From Eledone cirrhosa (taxonomy: Eukaryota), in the NCBI GenBank assembly GCA_964016885.1, contig OZ024751.1, positions 28,148,001 to 28,212,000 on the forward strand: a stretch of DNA of 64,000 bases, read 5' to 3'. Position numbers and translations under genes: made by a program. The notes under the pieces were generated by a model. It ran no database searches. It was not told the origin of the DNA and was given only the letters and a program-made list of their open reading frames with translations. Below are positions 57,038 to 64,000 of this stretch, one piece after another. The stretch's first letter is position 1, and each line of letters opens with the position of its first letter.

Positions 57038-57124
<87 letters not shown>

Positions 57125-57320
57125 CACAAACCCACATACACATAAGCATGCATATAAGCGTGAAAAGCAATAAAGTAAACTGAATGAAAGGAGAGGAGAG
57201 AGAGGAGAGGAGAGGAGAGAGTTTGGTGTGAAGTTGTTTGTGGATGACGTATAATAATAATACTACAGTGGTGCAGCTTAATGGGGAACTGAAGAATCTG
57301 CACGAACATGTTTTTCAATG

Positions 57321-57419
<99 letters not shown>

Positions 57420-57474
57420 ACATATATGTATTTATATATATATGTATATATATTTATATATGTATATATATATG

Positions 57475-57508
<34 letters not shown>

Positions 57509-57516
57509 TATATATG

Positions 57517-57612
<96 letters not shown>

Positions 57613-57684
57613 TATCTATATATGTGTATGTATATATATCTATATCTATATCTATATCTATCTCTCTATCTCTCTATCTATCTA

Positions 57685-57843
<159 letters not shown>

Positions 57844-58044
57844 TGCGTGTATACATGCATATGTACAGGTTATCCACGCGTCTCATGAGCAGATCGATAC
57901 TGGAGTCAAGTCTATCACATTAATAAAGACCTCAAGCCAATGATCTGAGAAACATATGTAACGTTCGATACGTGCCAGTTCACCACAGTCAACTCTTTGC
58001 TGCTGGTACTTTATTAATCTTATTTATTTATCTCTGATGTGTGC

Positions 58045-58112
58045 CTGGAGCAACGTGAAGTGAAGTGTCCTGTTCAAGGACACAACACAGCGCCTGTTCC
58101 GGAGATCGTACC
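58045..58112 (-). mobile_element. SINE family B core fragment
   Basis: CTGGAGCAACGTGAAGTGAAGTGTCCTGTTCAAGGACACAACAC is the reverse complement of the family B core. Confidence 0.7.
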
Positions 58113-58204
58113 TACATAGTTCATCCTTGAGCATCTTCGACTTTGAGTGAAGCACGAACTCTATCACATTATCTGGTCACCGATTTCTAAGGTCTTTATA
58201 GCAA

Positions 58205-58323
<119 letters not shown>

Positions 58324-58515
58324 AATAATATATTGTTTCCAGTAGTTTCTTCTAAGTTATCGTGCCACCAGGGCTCAACATTATGCAATACCCACTTAAT
58401 GCACAGAAATGCATGTCTTGGTGGTGGCTGATAAGGAAGATATTACTATTGTTCATTCGTCTCACGTGTTACATTGCTTGTGTGTGCAATATATATACAT
58501 ATATATACGTATATG

Positions 58516-58636
58516 TGAAGGCGCGTGGTCGAGTGGTTAGAGAATTGGATTCGAAATCGTGAGGTTGTGAGTTCGATTCCTGGACCGGGCGATGCGTAAT
58601 GTCCTTGAGCAAGACACTTTATTTCACGTTGCTCCT
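58516..58636 (+). mobile_element. tRNA-derived SINE family B head and core
   Basis: A box TGGTCGAGTGG, B box AGTTCGATTCC, core GTCCTTGAGCAAGACACTTTATTTCACGTTGCTCC. Confidence 0.85.
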
Positions 58637-58745
58637 TCTACCTGGAGTTGCGACCGATAGATAGTATTAGCAATTGGAAAGACCAACGGAAACATTGTTT
58701 CCTCGGTCCGATTTGACGAGAGTCGATCGACTGTCGATATATATG

Positions 58746-58814
<69 letters not shown>

Positions 58815-59058
58815 TATATAAATGTGTGTCATCATGAAATCATACGTTTGAAAGTAAATATGTATGTATATATCTGTGCGTATGTATTTATGTATGAATG
58901 TGCACGTATCCATGTATGTGTGCTAATGTGTGTAAATGCATGTGTGTGTGTGTGTGTCTATATTATTATGTACTGTATATGTTAGTGTCAAGCTGCAACA
59001 GATGCACAGTGAATAAGAATTTTTTATAATACACACACACACACATATATATATATAT

Positions 59059-59109
<51 letters not shown>

Positions 59110-60231
59110 TGTATATATATATATATATATACTGTATATATATACTGTATATATATATATAATATATATATATAATATATATATGTATATATATGAATAA
59201 AATGTAAAACAAAATAACCGTAACATCTCGATATACAAAAAAATAATGCAAACAAACATGTAAAAAATAAACTACACAAACAACAACAATAACAACAGCA
59301 ACAATAAATGATAACGAACAAAAAATATAGATATAAATACACAAAAATAAACAGCAACAAAATAAAATAAAATAACAACAAATAAAATAAAATAAAATAA
59401 AATAAATAAAATAAAAGCAAAGACGATAAATATAGTAAAAAGCTAAATATAAAAAATCAAAAGGGAAGAAAATATATTGAAAAAATATATATAAAGAAGG
59501 AAAACAAGTGTAAAAATAAAAGTATGATCGAATATACAAAACTAACAACTATAACAACAACAATGATATTAAGGACATACTAACAACTATAACAACAATA
59601 ACAACATGAAAATCACCACCGACACCATGTCCAAGAACAATACTAACAACAACAATGACAACATAACATCATCACCATCACCACCACCACCACCACCATG
59701 AACAACAGCAATAAATACAACAATAACAACATGAACATCACTACCATTCACCACCACCACGACCAACACCAACAACAACAACATCACTATCACCCCCATT
59801 CAGTACCAACACCACCATTCACCACCACCACCACCTCCACAACCACCGCAGCACCACTACTACCACCACCACTACTACCACCACCACCACCACAAATTCA
59901 CCACCACCACCGCCACCACCATTGCCCCCTACAGCAACAACAACAACAACAACAATATTGAAACAACCGACAATATCGATGTTGTTAGTCAAGTGTAAAA
60001 TTGGCCTTATTTCATGCTATTCAGTCCTATAGATGATGCTTAGTTTTAGTTGGTCGTGTAGAGAAGACGAACTGAACTGAGATAGCAGACGATAGGTAGG
60101 GAATAGGGAAAGGGGATGAAAAATAAATAAATATATAAGTAAAAATTGAATGAAAACAAATGAGTAAATGACAAATAAAGTAAAACGTGAACAAAAAAAT
60201 TCTCTCCTGCCTTCCTATATCTCGAATATTC

Positions 60232-60334
<103 letters not shown>

Positions 60335-60413
60335 GATATATATATATATAATTGTTATTATTTTTCAACCGCCATTTTGTAAGAGGACGAAAGGAGAATA
60401 AATGTGTGTTTGG

Positions 60414-60444
<31 letters not shown>

Positions 60445-60575
60445 CATACGTACATATATAGATACATACATACTTCTGTTAGCAAACATATGGTTCCGGG
60501 TTCGAGCGTACTCTCCGACTATTCCAGGGAGTATATTCTATTCAGCTATCTCCTCTGGCGTTGTTCCCTACCCCC

Positions 60576-60615
<40 letters not shown>

Positions 60616-60818
60616 ATAATAATAAACGTGAAGACTAAAATCCGAAGAGGGCTCGATAAGTATAATATATATGTCAAATATATAAAAAAAAAGCCATAGA
60701 GCAAATATTTATTAAAATAACAGCAAAGAATCGCTGCTTTCACCCTTAACGGGATCTCTCTGTCTCTATATATATATGTGTGTGTGCGTATGTATATATG
60801 TGTGTGTGTCTGTATATA

Positions 60819-60874
<56 letters not shown>

Positions 60875-60953
60875 TACAAAAGTATATGTGTTAGGTAATT
60901 CCGAAGAAAAAGCAAATGAAAAAAGAGTGCTCTATGTGAAGAACAGAGCTAAT

Positions 60954-61128
60954 TAATTAGAAAGTGAACAAGACAATATATAACTACTCCATTATCAAAG
61001 GTTTCAGGACCCTTCATGATATTAATATACGTCTAAATCGTTCATCAGACAGAGATGTTATGTTGTCTAGGACCCTGAAACCTTTGGTAATGGAGTAGTT
61101 ATATATTATGTTGTTCACTTTCTAATTA
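60954..61128. mobile_element. Fold-back terminal repeat with decayed hammerhead (minus strand 60987-61054)
   Basis: Diverged 55-bp arms. Minus strand: CUCUGU CUGAUGA...GAAAC CUUUG AUA AUGGAG. The plus arm keeps GAAACC-UUU-GGUA^AUGGAG. Confidence 0.6.
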
Positions 61129-61130
61129 TA

Positions 61131-61186
<56 letters not shown>

Positions 61187-61221
61187 CACACACATATATT
61201 TATAAATATACATATATACAT

Positions 61222-61261
<40 letters not shown>

Positions 61262-61503
61262 GTGTGTGTGTGTGTGTGTGCGTGCGTGTGTGTCTGTGTG
61301 TGCGCACGCGTTTGTCTGGGTGCGTGTGACGAGTTGGTGAAAAGAATGTATATAAGAACAAAATGGTATCAATATCGGCTGAAGATCTGGAGTCTGTCTC
61401 AGGAAAAATCTGAAACAATTGTAACTAAATAGTTAGTGTAATGAATATCTCTCTTCATCTATTCGTGTGTGCGCGTTTAGATGAATGTATATATGTGTAT
61501 GTT

Positions 61504-61589
<86 letters not shown>

Positions 61590-62094
61590 TACGTGTAGGT
61601 GTGTGTACGAGCGTGCAATTTATGTTTGCGTCCCTATAAATCCCGTGACTTAGCTGACGATTGATTGACTAGACTGAAACGAGTAAAAAATAAACGAATA
61701 AAAAGATCAAATAATAAAAAATAATATATAGGTTGTGTGTATATATTTGCATATCTATGTACGGTATATAAGTTATTTTATATGCCCATATATATGTGTC
61801 TGTGCATGACATGTGGGAATATATGTTTATGTATCCATTTAAGTGTGTGTGAGAGAGTGCAATTGTGCGTGCGTGCGTTACACAGGTAACATCAAGTTTT
61901 TGTCACACTCTGTCGCTTCTTCATAATAGGAGCGATGTTCGGTAGTAGCACCACCATTGTTGTTGCTGTAATTATTATTGTTTTTATCATTGTTGTTATT
62001 GTTATTGTTGTTTTTATTACTGTTGTTGTTATTGTTGTTATTATTATTTTCTGGCGTGCAGAATCTAAGGTGCAAGCCACTTCATGTTTGTTAT

Positions 62095-62390
62095 GTGTTA
62101 TCCAGGAGGATAATGAGACACACGCGTTCAAATAGAAATGATATAACCATTCGAACTCGCCCGGGGCTCACATCTTCGGGTGACCAACACTGTACCGATA
62201 GAAGTGAATAAGGAGGTGGTTTGACGACCAATAACCTCAAAAGTTGGCACCACAAACGTTCAACGACAAACCTAACGAGGAGTGACCGATACTTCAACAG
62301 CTTGCGATCTTAAGTTTGTACGGCAACAAAAACCAGTGTCCGATGCTTAATGGACCAGGTTGTTGTTGGAGAAAGTTTCGCTACATGTAA
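62095..62390 (-). mobile_element. Older CRE-like restriction-like endonuclease relic
   Basis: With frameshifts: TCSETFSNNNLVH...KLLKYRSLLVRFVV...TSLFTSIGTVLVTRRCEPR..EFEWL, colinear with 23671-24018. Confidence 0.75.
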
Positions 62391-62414
62391 AGTGAATTGA
62401 TGTGATTTTTTTAT

Positions 62415-62580
62415 ACTCAACTGTAGTTGAAACTGAGTTGTAACGTCATTCTTGCCCACTTGTATCGGCCTTTGTCTTACCTTTGGAAAACATTGGTGTC
62501 ATGGAGAGGGAAGACACGAGTGATTGCCCATCTTCCACAAACTACCCCTACCCTGACATGTACCTTAGTTGGGAACTTTC
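62415..62580 (+). mobile_element. Diverged SINE family B 3' tail
   Basis: Reverse complement resembles 575-665 (CCATGACACCAATGTTTTCCAAAGG..AAAGGCCGATAC). Confidence 0.6.
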
Positions 62581-62677
62581 GAGGTGCAAACCTTATCGTT
62601 ATTTAATCATATAAGATTAAATAGTATGTATAGATGTTAGTGTATACATATATATATATATACATATATATATATAC

Positions 62678-62729
<52 letters not shown>

Positions 62730-62855
62730 GAGGTACATTGCGATAAAGTCAACAACACATGTCTTAAAACGAGAATATAGTAAATATCTCGATAGGAAAA
62801 CATCAACATTGGAAACATCGAAAAAATATTTGATAAACTTTATAAATATACAACA

Positions 62856-62972
<117 letters not shown>

Positions 62973-63098
62973 TAGATATAATATATATATAGATATAGAT
63001 AGATAGATATGTATATATTTATAATTGGTACTTATATATGTATATATATATATATATACACATACATGCATACATACACACACACATACACACATATG

Positions 63099-63133
<35 letters not shown>

Positions 63134-63489
63134 ATATATATACTAACATCTATACGTACTATTTAATCTTATAATATATGATAAAATATGCAAGTTGAGA
63201 AATCATGATAATAAATCTACGTTATAGTCACGTTTTCAATACTATAATCTTCAAAGCAGAGTTTTTTCCTACTTATGTAAATGTGTACACACTTTTAATA
63301 TACTAACACACACGTACAAACACACATGCTTCCATGCGTACATATATACATTCATACATATATAGGTACTTTCAGATACAAACATACATGTATACATACA
63401 TTTATACATACATATATGCACACATACATTTATACATACATATGTGCAACTATAAATACGTATATACATACATACATACACACATTTAT

Positions 63490-63539
<50 letters not shown>

Positions 63540-63724
63540 GCAACCATGTATACATACATATGGAAGGAGATTGGGACCTCTATATGTAGATAGATGCACA
63601 ATTATATATAATATATGCAAATATACATTTATTGAGTTTATATGAATGCGTCTGCATGATCGTGTATCTATCTATATATATTTATGTATTGCATTTATAT
63701 ATACATACATACGTTCATATATAC

Positions 63725-63822
<98 letters not shown>

Positions 63823-64000
63823 CATACATCTATAGATGCGCTTATACAAACGTGTGTATATGTATGTGTATATATATATATATTTATATTTGATTGTTTA
63901 TTAGAGAATATAAGAAACATTATGTATTATGTAGAGTTCAGCTGTCCTGCAGATGTGAAATATTTCTTTCAAAAATCAGTGAGAAAGAGAATATTTTATT

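Noticed and set aside
58516-58590. tRNA gene (also at 886-955)
   Set aside because: A and B boxes are present, but there is no acceptor stem or cloverleaf and the sequence continues into a SINE core.
61378-61426. Hammerhead candidate CTGAAGA...GAAACAATTGTA
   Set aside because: Core and palindromic loop are present but helices I and II do not pair convincingly. At most a decayed relic.
61654-61695. CTGACGA...GAAACGAGTA hammerhead candidate
   Set aside because: No helix I or II. It looks like a decayed SINE-type 3' tail.
61878-62075. Poly-Asn ORF as a host exon
   Set aside because: An (AAT/AAC)n tract just downstream of the CRE-like relic, with no splice or homology support.

Overview
Animal nuclear DNA, intronic or intergenic. 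It is AT-rich and dominated by microsatellites: (TA)n, (CA)n, (GA)n, (ATCT)n, (GGT)n, (TTC)n, (CAG/CAA)n. The SINE repertoire resembles octopus (cephalopod) DNA, which is my inference. I found no convincing host protein-coding exon, and almost all tracked ORFs are translations of simple repeats. The complex sequence is mostly mobile-element debris: two tRNA-derived SINE families, L1/Tx1-clade LINE fragments, three kinds of RTE-clade 3' ends, restriction-like-endonuclease (CRE- and R4/Dong-like) fragments, a hAT MITE, two Helitron-like elements, a small TIR MITE and a Penelope RT fragment. The main signal missing from the ORF track is a dense set of about 11 recognisable minimal type-I hammerhead ribozymes, plus degenerate and half copies. 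They come from several diverged Penelope-like terminal-repeat families, mostly non-coding and mostly next to (TA)n tracts. Many are arranged as fold-back inverted duplications, including a ~320-bp perfect palindrome with a ribozyme on each strand. All motifs were read by eye; no database searches or folding programs were run.
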